Assembly: GCA_965645245.1 (NCBI GenBank)
Contig: OZ287072.1
Span: forward strand, 2,232,001 to 2,296,000
Source: Massalongia carnosa
Lineage: Eukaryota
Reading direction: 5' to 3'
Length of the DNA stretch: 64,000 nucleotides
Of this stretch, positions 24,925 to 37,168 are shown in pieces (positions within the stretch are counted from its first letter, which is position 1; the number at the start of each line of letters is the position of its first letter). The notes under the pieces were generated by a model that did not search any database, had not been told where the DNA came from, and saw nothing but the letters and a program-made list of their open reading frames with translations. The position numbers were made by a program, and so were the translations under genes.

Positions 24925-27900
24925 AAGAGGACTATTCAGGACTTGAAACCCTTGACGAAGTAGGCATTTACATCAAAGTGGGTTGATGCAGTATCAAACC
25001 ACTTTGACCACCTACCCCGCCTATGATATATGTAATACCAAATTCTAATATTTATAAATTACTCATGCTAATCAAGATTGACCTTTCAAAATACTGTAAG
25101 CATTCATTACTTTAACTGTACAGAGTACTTAAACCTTTAAATTCCTTTTAGAATTGTTTCTTTTTCGGTAATAGCATCAATTACATCAGCTCTATGGGTA
25201 CTCTTCTATCTCTTGCGTACTAATAACAAACAAAGTCAACTCAGCTCTAGAGCTCATTTACCATCTTTTAATCACTTCATCCTCAGTTCAGCTCATTTAC
25301 CATCGTTTAACCACTTCATCCTCAGCTCAGCGCATTGTTCCATTTAAGAAACATAGCATCATTATGAGACCGAAGAACGACTATGGCACGAAAATCAAAC
25401 CCATTCCTAAAAGTAAGATAATCCATGATTACCCTGCCTATTCCTTAAAGTACACATTAAAGTTCTTCTGAGTACCTATCATCTATATCTCTCGTTCAAC
25501 ACTCACGTGCATAAAAAATAGCTAATTTTACAACTCGATGCACAGTGCGTACTCCTGAAGAGGAGCATGCCTATCGGAAAGATTTCAAAGAGCGTAGAAT
25601 GGAACGGCAAATACTCGAGAACTGATCGCAGACGACGTCGGGCTTACGAAGGGACGTGGCACAGAGCTAAAGGAGGTTTTCGCGAAGAGATTTGGCAACG
25701 AAACCAAAGAGGAACTAGAGCAAACCAGTCGACAGCGCTTAGAAGGAGTGGCCGAAATGGCCATGGTCCGCCTAAACGCCGTCCGTGCTGGATTCTCCAA
25801 ACAAACGGCCTTGCTAAAAAACCACAATCCGAAACCAAAGTACATATCTTGAAATTCTCCTTCTTCGCCATACATCTCCCTCAAAGATCATTTGATCAAA
25901 CATGCTCGCGCCAAGAGCTTCGAAAGCAATGCATATTCATCATGCTTCGCAGAGGACCTTGAGTTATTTGTTCCTTTAACTAATGGTATAGGTTATGAAG
26001 CTCCTTAGCATTTAGAAAAATAAGCTACTTGATCGCGGTGGATATTGAATCTCAGCGAGCGCGCGGATGCACAAGGCATAAAAACAATAATTATCTCCCT
26101 CCTTCCTAATACCTTTTTCCATATGTAGTCCAAATTGTCCTATTCACAAATTTCAGTCGTGAGCTTGATAACTCATGGCTTAGATCCAGCCCGTTCCCTC
26201 CATACTCCTCTCCATCATCAAAGTATCACATCATGCGGTTTCCCACTTCCTAGATAAACCTCTTACGCAAAGGAGTATTCTATATACGTTGCGAGCAAAT
26301 CCTAATACAGAAGATGAATACTATTTCTGAAAGAATAGAAGCTGTTGACTCCGCTTATAAGGTAAACAAGGGAGCCTGGGGCAATAGCTTACAGAGCGTA
26401 CGAAGCATAAGAGGACATTAATGGCGAAACATTTGATCTCCGCATACCTCTTGGAAGAAAGAACGAGAAGTCTTAAAGATATTGATCCTCTCTTATTATA
26501 GATGCTTTAGTAAGAGGTCGCTGCACGGACCAGCAAGCAGTTAGGCGTCAAGAAATATTTTAGAATTCCACGCCTGGACCAGAACTGCACGCCGACCTAC
26601 CACCCACCAACCCTCAAAGTGATTCTTCTTGTTCTAGATTTATGACTAAAGTAGCCTCTTATCAATATCTGCTTTCATATATATCTGCCAGACCTGTAAA
26701 GAATGTCGGTGAGGGAGAGCATGAAGATAGGTCTATCTTGGGACGAGCCAAGCGTTGGAGCGGATTAAGGGTGCAAGGATGTGACGTGGACGTCAAGAAA
26801 CGTGGCTTTGTGGCACGCCGATGAGACGGCTCGCTACGGCTCTAGATAGTTTGGCATATTTCAGGAACCACGCCGTTGGCTCTAGCACAGGAAGAAATGT
26901 GCAGAGGGAGGAGAACGAGGAAGCGTTGAGCGTTTCATTGATAGCATGGGTTATGCTGATGTGACGGACCAAGGTGGCTGTCGCTAAGAGGGGTCCAAGT
27001 GTTAAGTACTCCATGTTAAATAGGCATTCAATAGGTTCATAAGCAAGAAGCAGGTGCCAAAAGGCCTATATAATGGTGGTCAGTGCTCTGCTGGATATGG
27101 AAACCCTGGACTAATCATTCCAGCCTGGAAGTACTAGGCTAAGGACGAAGAAAGAAGAAGTAAAAAGGTCAACACGAAAAAAAGGAAAATCTAGGCTTAC
27201 TGTCCCTCAAAGAAAGGGAAGTCGGAGATTCTACTTTGTGGAGCCTAGTCTCGAGTAGGAATGATACTAGAAAATTTCCATTACAGACATCACACACAAT
27301 AATAGGCGCATCAAGGAAGACAGAAATGGCTATAGAAATGAGGAATAACACCTTCCGCCCCTTCTCAATTTTCATGACGCTTAGCCGGATCTAGAGGAGA
27401 TAAAATCCCCAGCGTCTGCAAGAAATTCCTAATAGATATGGCACCAAAGCAATTTCAAATAGTAATAGCACTCTAGAAGCTATAATTCCTGGGAAGAGCT
27501 TACTGGGCGCCAGAGGAACAGAAAGGGGGAGAAGCAGCGAGAAGGGTTCATCTTGCTGAAGGGAAGCCCGAGAGCGCTTTGATAGAGGAAAAGCGAGATG
27601 AAACGCTATCGCGAACTGCCTGATGATGATCGATATTTTTCAAGCTCATTCTAATCGTAAGCGTATGGGCAAGAAGAGTAAGTGGAAGTTGGCAGTTGAA
27701 TGGTTTGGTCTGTGACCTTAGCTTGTTCGGCACTCCTAGGATCGAATTGAGTCGAACCTATCATGATAACAAATGAATTCAGGCAAATTCTTCCACCTTC
27801 AAACCGCTGAAGAGTTTCTCTAGAATTGATTCGTAATATCCATGCCCTAGAATTTTGGCGTTGGATCTACGAAACTATTGGCCAATGGGACAGGGATCCT

Positions 27901-28209
27901 GGGACCGCAGTTGGCAGTGTCTGCGTTATGCCATTGATGATTCCATATCATAGTTCATCTGCCACAGCTATGTCTGATATTTGCGGAGATCAGCTTCTGA
28001 AGGAATCTACCGCCCAACTAAATCTCAGCACGGTTTTGTCATCAGCATTATTATTCTTTTTTCCTTTGGTAGACCATGAGCTGAGGAAATAATGTGCCGT
28101 TGCACTTTGGACAATATATATTTGACCCATTGCTCGTGGTTTGTTCTTTTTGCTTCGTCATATTATTTCTTAGCTTCTGTGTCTCTAAGGGATTCCAAAA
28201 GACTTATCA

Positions 28210-30494
28210 TATTGAAATCCCTACTGCTTTCCTTTTTAGCAATTCCTATCTTTGCAGAAGCACAAACCCCCAAGGTAAGGGGTCAAACTCATTTGCCTCA
28301 AAAAATGGCTGCTGACTTGACTTATAGGACAAAAAACTCCAATCAGCGCGCATCAACACCAATGAGCAGACCGAAAAGACTAACACTGGTGCAAAAACCA
28401 ACACGAGCAACTCTCTTCGTGCCGGTCCTCGAGGCTACGTTCTACTTGAAGACACTGCAACGCGCAAGAAGCTGATCCACTTCGATCGCGAGCGCCAGCC
28501 AGAGCGCGTTGTACAAGCACTAGGCCATGGAGCGTACGGTAATTTCTAGCCATACGGTGATTGGAGCAATTTGACGGCGGCATGCTGGCTGAGCGAGGGT
28601 GTCACGAGCGACGTTTTCACTCGCTTTTCCGTCGTGGTTGCTACATAGTACAGGCGGCAGCGAGTCGGGACGAGACACACGGGTTTGCGACGAAGATCTA
28701 TAGTCAATGCGGGAATCACGATCTTGTTGTGAACCACGTATCGTCGTTCTTCATTAACGATGATGCCGACTTTCCGGATCTGGTGCATGCTGTCAAATAT
28801 GAGCCTGACAAAGGGTTCCCCACTGGTCTATATCTTGTCCTAACCTTTCAGAGTTTCAGCTATTCTAACAAAAGTCTAGGAGGCTCCGCTCACACAACTG
28901 CTTACGACTTTTTCGCCCAACATCCCGAAGGCACGTTCCAGCTGATGAGTGTTCTCTTAGACCTCGGCATACCCCGTGATGTCCGCCATATCGCTGGCAG
29001 CGGCGTGCACATATTCCGCTTCATCAACGATGCTGGCAAATTAACGCTGTTTAAATGGTAATGGAAACCCCTTCTGGGCCACCGCTCCCTCGTCTACGAC
29101 GAAGCAACTAAGATCGCCGGCAAGATCTCCAATTCCAAACGCATTGATCTCTATAACAACATCGCTGCCGGTATCTATCCAGAATGGGGGTTACAGGTTC
29201 AGCTATTTCCAGACGACGGCACCTACATGTGGCACGGCATCGACCTCCTCGATCCTACTGTGGTCGTTCCTTTCGAGATGAATGCTCCCCTTATCTTGGG
29301 GAAGTTGACGCTAAACAAGAACCCAACCAACTTCTTCGCAGAGCCCGAGTCTATTTCCTTCGCTCCCTCCAACGTTGTCAAAGGTATTACTTTTGTGCCT
29401 GACCCGCTGCTACGATGGCGTCTCATATCGTACGATGACACCGCCACGGCAGCCCAAACAGCTACCTTCTCCCCATCAATCGCGCCCTCGCTCCCATAAA
29501 CGACAACTACCGCGACGGATCCATGCAGCCCCTTCTCCACGAAGGCGCATCTTCTTCAACCCTAAATCATATCAGCAGCGTCGTCAGCGCCTCCGCCGCA
29601 GAAACTCTGCCTTACACCAAGCCCATCAACCCAGAGGTAGTTCACGGGGCACTAGGCCGCTACGCCAACCTCCATGACTCCTTCGGCCAAGCCCGCACTT
29701 TCTGGCGCTCCCTCGACAAATACGCCCAACAGCACACGGTCGACGCTTACCGTTTCGAGCTCGGGCACGTCTCCGACCCCACCGTCTAGGAAACCTACAT
29801 CTCCACCATCCTCAACAGCGTCGACAATTGCCTCGCCCGCCGCGTCGCCTTTGCAATCGGTTCCCCTCTTCCCCCCATCGGCAGCGGCCCTTCCGCCAAC
29901 CTCTCCACCAGCAGCAGCAATCACACCTCGATGTTCCCCTCCCTCTACCCCCTCTCTCCCACCCAAGAGCCTCGCAAAAGCAACGCCGGCCTCATCATCG
30001 CTCTCATAGCCTTCGACACCCTCCTCTGCCCTACCGATCTGGCCACCATCCTCTCTCTTCTAGCAGTCCAGCAAGTCTCCTACGACATCATCGCTCCCCA
30101 TATCGGTGCTCTCGCCTCCGGAATCTTAGCCACGCAGTCGTTCATCACGACCTCTAGCGTCTTCTATGATGCCGTCATCGCTGGTTCCTCGTTCTCCTCG
30201 TCCGCCTCCAACGGTACCACTCCCTTGCCTAGTCTTGCCGCCACGGAATTCCTTCACGAGGCGTACGGACATGGGAAAGCGGTCGCGGCGATTAGCGCTG
30301 GTGCTAGTGCTGGTGCTGGTGCTGACGCTTGGGCTTGGGATGCTCTGCCCGCAGCGGGCGTGGATGGCGGGCCGGAGATGGGGGTTTTTCTGAGCACGGC
30401 GAATACTGTGGTGGGGGATGTGCTGGAGGCTGGGGCGGGGCGGGTCAGGTTCCCAGAACGGTTTCTCGTCGATGATGCTGGGATCTGCGGGTAA
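28210..30494 (+). pseudogene. Secreted large-subunit heme catalase pseudogene
   Basis: Signal-peptide-like exon; motifs [82 protein letters not shown], and a C-terminal DJ-1/GATase-like domain (SVFYDAV..EAYGHGKAV). Stops at 28547, 29059 and 29787 plus several frameshifts. Confidence 0.9.
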
Positions 30495-31411
30495 CGGTGC
30501 TGGAAAGGGGTTATTGGGTTGTTGAGGGTGAATGAGGATGGGGGGTTTTTCAGGTGGGTTCGTTACGTGGCTATTTGGTTTGTAAACTGGAGATATATAT
30601 TTAGACTTTTGGTCAAGGTGCCTCTCTCCCTCTCTTTCTTTTTCTCTCTCTCTGCTGCCCTCGTTGTCCAGATACCTATACCATGTAAACACAAATGAGC
30701 ATCTAACATCAGCAACAACAATCCATTCCTCATATCCCAAAAGCTCGCCCCCCCTCTAAACATCCCAGAACAGGCGAAAACATCACTTCTGGCCTGGGGT
30801 AGTTGGTGCTGGTGGTGGGTGGGTGGTCATGACGAATAACTAAACTGGCTGGCTGGCTGGCTGTTATGTAGGTCTTGAGAGGTAAAAAGCGGGATAGATA
30901 TGGGCACAGAGCGCGAGATGGTTATGGAGTAGTAGGCAAAAGCCCGGCGGCAGAAGGGCGAAAAGAGAAAGCGAGAGAGAGGCAAAAACAGTCACCCGCC
31001 TAGATACAGTAGATGCCTACGAGTTCAGGTGCGCGGATACCCGAACATCAGGCTGAGTGGGTGGTGCTATGTAACGTGTTTTGGTGCTGGGCCGTATCAT
31101 CACCTGCATTAGGTGATACGCCCCCAGGCCTTGGCATTCACGTAGAAGTATGCAAAATATACACAACCCAAAGTCGAGACCATCACACGAACATACCCTG
31201 ATCGGGTGATATTTCGCTGCCTGCCCCTTTTTACGTCCACTCTGCTGCCATCCGTCGACCCACCTCATGGGAGAAATCAGCGCAAATTTATACCTTCCGA
31301 GGGTAGAACATCAGATGCACACAAAGGCCAACCCACTAATTTTTTGCGTGTCGAGAACGCGTCAACTCGATCAACGCGCTTTCACTGCGTTCCCATACCG
31401 GGTCACCTTTC

Positions 31412-33123
31412 CTACATCACATACAGAAGGTCCGTATCTAATGAAGTAACTTTGTCAACAGGATGCTCGATTGCACCAAGGGCAAGGAGAAGAAAACTTA
31501 CTCAGTGGATGACTGCAACTCAGTTGAGGTTTCTGCGTGTACTTGCTTTCGAGCTCGTCGCGGATGCTGTTGAGTAGCTGCACGTAGCTTTGCTGTGGGT
31601 TCTTCTTCAGTGCGGTGATGAATGCCCACGACATGGCCCCCGTGGCTTCACCGTTAATCTGAGCGTCTTGTCTGGAAGATTGTATGCGTTAGACGAGAGG
31701 ATGCCGAAGGAAGGGAGTGGTATGGCGTCCATTGACACGCTGGGCTGAATAACTTACGAAGTTTGCGTGTCCTTGCTGCCAGACCACATGATGACATCTG
31801 CCGGAGACGTCTTGGTTTGCTTGGCCTTCTCGTACGAGCTGTTTCCGGTAGTAGCTTTTTTAAAGAAGCCCAGAGCGGTCGACGCCACGTTGCTCATGTC
31901 GCCCCGCGCGTATGCCGAAACAATACCCAAAAGGCCTTGCCCAGCCTCCTTGAACAGATCCGGTTCCTTGACCACGCCTCGGGTGGAGTAGATGTATGGC
32001 AAATCCAGAGCCGAGCCGGAATGACAGGAGTCAAATATCGCAGTCAGCCGGACACCTGGCTGCAAGCTTTGAACCATGATGCGATGCATTTCGTCGTCCA
32101 CAATATGACCAGCGACTCTGAAGTCTACAGGATAGATGACCTCATCATAGCCATCTTCTTCGTCTCCATCAAGGTCCTTTGTCTGGCCTCCATGTCCTAT
32201 TCCACGTTAGCGGTTGTTTAACATCTCCGGGCCTGCCGGTGCGAACCTGAGTAATGGAAAAACAGAGAATCGTTGGGTTTCGCATCCTTCACCAACCAGT
32301 GCATTGCGCGTAATATATTCTGTTTGGTAGGCTGGCTCATCGGGTTTTGCTGATCGTCCGTCAAGATAACCATGTCCTCTCTCGCATACCCAAAGCTTCC
32401 ATTGAGGTATGTCGACATGTTCTTCACGTCATTGATGCAACCTCTTAACTGGCCCCGTTGTCCAAAGTAATTTATGCCGATCAAAAGAGCTTTGCGTCTA
32501 CCAGTACAGTTGGAGTATTGGAAGCTATAACTCTGAGGCGCGCCCTGACCAAAGCTTTGCATTGCTTGTGGAGGTGGTGGAGGAGCATTGTGATTTCCCT
32601 GAACATACGCGTTCGTATTCACCGAAGGGAGCCCTGGGGACATGTCAGAAGCATGAAAAGTAAAGCGTGGACCACGAGAGCATTGATGTACCAGGCCGTC
32701 CACCGTACTGAGGTCCTCCACTTGCGGGAGGGCCGTACCCGTACCCTGTTGTCGGGGGTGTTGGCTACATCGAAACTTTAACTTCTTGTGTGAATCAGAA
32801 ACGAAGGGTTTATACCTGCTGGTAGCTTGCTCCGCTGTACGGCCGTGACTCGGGTGGCGGAGGCTGACCATAGCCATATGCGGGTTGCGGCGAGGGTGGA
32901 GGATATCCGGAATACCCTTGAGGACTGCCAACCCACTCCGTTAGGACATTGCAAGGCGTTCTGGCCGTCATCAGAAGACTCACGGATATTGTTGGTGTGA
33001 TGGGGGTGGGTAGCCTTGGGGTGGAGGAGGCCCGTAATTTTGCTGTGGGGGTGGTCCGTAGTTCGGTTGCGCCGGCGGGTAGGCTCCACCGTGCTGTTGC
33101 CCTTGGCCCGGAAAGAAGGACAT
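31412..33123 (-). CDS. MCA1: Metacaspase-1 (type I), multi-exon
   Basis: P/Q/Y-rich prodomain; [36 protein letters not shown] (catalytic His); [10 protein letters not shown] (catalytic Cys); C-terminus [19 protein letters not shown]. Introns examined are canonical. Confidence 0.95.
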
Positions 33124-33520
33124 GCTGAAGGAGAATTACAGAGAGGAAGTGAATTGATGAGGTTCGAGAGGGTTCAGAGCAGATTCTGAAAGTTGGGGCA
33201 GCTAGGCGGTAAGGTTCTGGTATGTGTCTTAGTATGTATCAGTGCCGCTTCTGGACCGGCTACGCAGGAATGGCGGGGTATGGGATCAGGTAGTCCCAAT
33301 CAGCAAGACGGTGAAGAACAAGAGATACAAAGCGTCATTGATCTAAAGAAATGGATCAGCGTCGATGGGTCTGCGTTCACGGACACAGAAATCTCGACTC
33401 ATCAAGGGAATAGGGGATAGGGAATAGGGAATAGGGATCAGGATTGATAGATAATCGAGTTGGTAATATCTGCGGTTCCCATCCGAATTCATCGTCGGTC
33501 TTCCGAGAGGCTCTCCGCCT

Positions 33521-33573
33521 AAAATTACCAAAAGTACCAAAAGTACCAAAATTACCAAAATTACCAAATTACT
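33521..33573. repeat. 9-bp tandem repeat AAAA(T/G)TACC, about 6 copies
   Basis: Directly visible; upstream of the metacaspase ATG. Confidence 0.9.
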
Positions 33574-33715
33574 AGGGCGAGAAGGCTGGGTAAGGGTAAA
33601 GGGGTTTGATTTCAGCATATCAAACTTAGCGTGGCGGGAACTACTGGTCATGCACATTCGGTATCGACGAAAAGTCTATTGGGAGACCCTTTGAGTACTC
33701 TGTATCTGCACCATA

Positions 33716-33786
33716 GTACAGCGTATGTACAGCGTACAGCGTACAGCGTACAGCATACAGCGTACAATACAGCGTACAGCGTACAG
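33716..33786. repeat. 7-bp tandem repeat GTACAGC, about 9-10 imperfect copies
   Basis: Directly visible; upstream of the metacaspase gene. Confidence 0.9.
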
Positions 33787-34862
33787 AGTGCAGGGGATGT
33801 AAATTTCAGACCCCTTTTCAACCCACCGTGAGATCATCAATTAACCTTCGACGGAATCCTCCGTAACAGAGACGCCATTTGGGACAGGTACATTAGTATC
33901 GGAAGGTGTCATCAATTACCGTGAGTACTCCAACTCACAAAGATACACTCCATATCAATCATGTATTAGGATGAGCTGGGGCAAAACACGTGGATATTCT
34001 AAGTGGGATTGTAAAACTTTCGAAGCCCCTTTTTGACTATTGCGGTACTCGCTTCCAAACCGTATATTTCCGCTAATGTGCGTCGGAAGCCTATCAGCTA
34101 ATACCGACCAACCTTTCTGGAGCAAAAAGGTCGTGCCCATCCACACCATCGTTACCCGACTCGACCGCACATCATCAGTCACGGCCCAATCGTTCGAAAA
34201 GGATTCACTACCTGCGTTCAATCAAGTGGCAAAGGCGATGGCGGCATCGTCAATTCATGTCCGCTCCCCTGGCTCCAAAGTTTTCGAGACCGCTGGCTTG
34301 CCCCGTTGTGGCGGGCGCAGAACTCCGCAATAGGCTTTTTTGCCATCTGCACAAAGGGTTCTCAGCTGAAGCATGCGGCTGCAACGCTGTGCGCGTGCTG
34401 TTCTCGAGCTGTTCGGTACGTCATGCTACTGCTCGCGGACGTTATCGTGCGGTGACAAAGAATGGCTGTGGCGGATCGGAATGCCGAGGTTTCGTCGCTC
34501 TACCACACTCGACGTGTTGTTGTCCAAGGCTCAAAAGGCATCGGTTTCCCTTTTCAGGCCGCTCTCCTAGCCGATACCGCTCAGATTACCCAGTGTTGCG
34601 ATGTGCTGATAATTCGTGGGTTCATGGGTTCATAATTGGTCGGAGTGGCAGGCCACAACCTTCCGTCTCAATCACAGTGTACATCAAGCCCCATTGCTGG
34701 AGATGGAGATAAAGTTTCTGTTCATAACCAATCAAGCTTTTCTTAAGGTTGAAGATTTACACTTGAAGATAACGATAACCTTTGAACCTTGTCCACCCAT
34801 TTGACCTATGACCATACTCCGAACCTCATAATGTTTGTCCGTGCGAATAGAGGTTCCCTGTT

Positions 34863-35486
34863 TCATTCAATGCGTTCTTTATAATATTCCGGGTAGCTTT
34901 CGTGAAAACCTAACAACCACTTCCCTACTATGACCCCGACGAGCAGGTTCATCAACCTCCCCAACGGATGACTGGTACGCTTTGGCCCAGGCAGAACCAA
35001 CACCACGTCTGCGAAGTGAAGAAACAGCAGCAGCTGCGGAAATGATGGAGCCTTTCCTTGTTTTCGGCAATCATCGAAATATCCAAAAAGGTTGCGGAAG
35101 AACGACTTATCCCTAGCACGGGAAAAAGGGGCCAATGATATTTGAACGACCAGCGCTTCGGTACTGGACGCGTTAGAAAACATATGATGAACCCCAGGGG
35201 TGATGACCATATTGTCATCAGGGCTGGCGATTTTCTCGACTCCATCCACGGTGACCCGTATGCTGCCCGAGACGACATGGAAGTACTCAGTTTGATAGAT
35301 GTGCCAATGATAAGGGGGATCCGGCATCGTTCTCCCCGGGAGTTGGGTTTGAGTCATGAAATCAGACGGACGCCCCAATGAGTTGGAAAACGATAGGTTT
35401 GATTTCCCGTCTTCATATGTCACATCTTGACTGGACGCAGTGTCTGTCCGTCGCATTTTGGGGGCCAAGAAGGAGAGCATGTTCAC
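34863..35486 (-). CDS. Cupin-domain protein
   Basis: Cupin motif 1 PPYHWHIYQTEYFHVVSG and motif 2 ITPGVHHMFSN, followed by a helical C-terminal part (FFRNLFGYFDDC...GKWLLG..ESYPEYY). The start is probably the Met at 35480. Confidence 0.85.
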   Translation of the reverse strand: MNMLSFLAPKMRRTDTASSQDVTYEDGKSNLSFSNSLGRPSDFMTQTQLPGRTMPDPPYHWHIYQTEYFHVVSGSIRVTVDGVEKIASPDDNMVITPGVHHMFSNASSTEALVVQISLAPFSRARDKSFFRNLFGYFDDCRKQGKAPSFPQLLLFLHFADVVLVLPGPKRTSHPLGRLMNLLVGVIVGKWLLGFHESYPEYYKERIE

Positions 35487-37168
35487 AACGTTTATGATGG
35501 ACGGGATACTGCTTCCAACCTCCTGGCTGGCAACGCAGATCAGGCCTGTGATCAGTCGCAGGAACCTTCAATCTATGAACCGGTTAAGCTTGCGGTTGAA
35601 GTCCAAGCGCTGAACTCCATCGACTGCTCAGACCCAGGTGGAGAACACAGGATCGGTGCACAATGGTAATCGCTTGTTCAAGGGTTTCAACGTGTGGCTA
35701 TGTGAACGTAGCGTGTCTTTGCAGGAAGTTCGAAACTCACCCCCCAGAAGACTCTCTGTATCTGCTTCGTGTTCGACCAGGTGAGCACGACTGATCAAGG
35801 ACATTTATATACTAGGTACCCAAGTCCCTCAATGGACGAAAAACTATACTTGCTTTTGTGCGGATTCGGAAATTCGGCAAATAATGTGTCCTTTCTCCGG
35901 CCGACGTTTTCCCGCCTCGGACTTAACGACCCCGAGTTGCGTAGCTGACCAATTGAGTTCTCTGAGCTACAGAGGAAATTCCTCGAAATACCTGAGCACG
36001 TGCTGCCAGAGATCTAAGTATGTACGGAGTATGTACGATGTAGAGTAACATTACGATCAGGGTTTGTTTACCTCTTCCGGCCTAGATACCCTGCACAGTG
36101 CACAAAGAGACGTTGGTACTTGAGTTTTTTATTATTATTAATTCATTAAGTGTAAGGATATGACGCTGTGACTGCTATTTATGTACATAAACAACAGCCA
36201 GGAAGTGAAAACCTAGCCCTCAGGGTAAAATCACTTCCTTATTTCATATTGAACGCAACGAAATCGTTCTTTTATCACGCGATGCATACACTCAGATCTT
36301 CAAGCGTTAGAAATCCTGTAAACTCGATGAACTAGGCAGTGTATCTTCACACGTTCGGCGAACGTTCTCTCTCTTTAATCGTTTTGACTCAACGAAGAAA
36401 AGATTGATCGTGATCGAGGATAGATCGTGATGTCGTATAAATGAAGATGTGATCATTTCGAACGAATGAGCTTTTTCGATGTGATGAAAGACTTTGGCCT
36501 GAGAAGTGCGATCATTCCGAATGAACGAGCTTTGTATGCCTTGGAAGTGATGAATGATCAGTAGAGACGTTGATCATGCAAACGGTCATCAAGATGAATT
36601 TTCGCGTTGACGATAATCAGATGTTGATCATCTTCGAGAAGATGTTGATAGCCTGCACCATGTAGAGGTTTCTGGCCTAGCAGGCCGTTGATACTTGGGT
36701 ACTTGGGTACTTGAGATTCCAGCGCGTGATCAGAGGCCATTTACGTCCTTCCTTCGACTTGAATGAAGGTCGACTCTTTGTGCTTATTCTCCGCTGTCAA
36801 ACGAAAACGTGAGAAAATCGCATCCAAGTGTGTGCACTCGTGCATATATAGCACGGAGAATACAGAATCATTCAAGCCGGAGACGAATCAGATTTGACGA
36901 ATCCTCCGAGAATAAAGTTTTGCCCCCCTCTCTGTAAGCATCGTCATGCTGTGTGTGGAGTCATCGTACTTAACGGCAGCGTTATGTTAATATCAGCAAT
37001 TTACTGAGTAATCCGTCAGCTGGGGTTTTAATGCGGTGCCTTAGACAACCCGTATGAAAGACCGCAAGCAGCTTCCTCGTCTATCTCTTTATAATAATTC
37101 TTCATTTGCATTTCTTGAGAGGTATCGAGAACACAACGTTCATCTGTATAATCGCCACTGCTTTTGAA

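Noticed and set aside
25251..25330. 39-bp two-copy tandem duplication
   Set aside because: Ordinary local duplication with no associated feature.
25364..25850. Possible small two-exon gene (ATG AGA CCG..., GTAAGA...GCTAAT...CAG intron)
   Set aside because: The spliced frame stops after about 43 codons and has no recognisable homology; possibly another relic but unsupported.
7000..30500. Starship giant transposon call
   Set aside because: No DUF3435 tyrosine recombinase or boundary repeats were recognised; kept only as a hypothesis in the findings.
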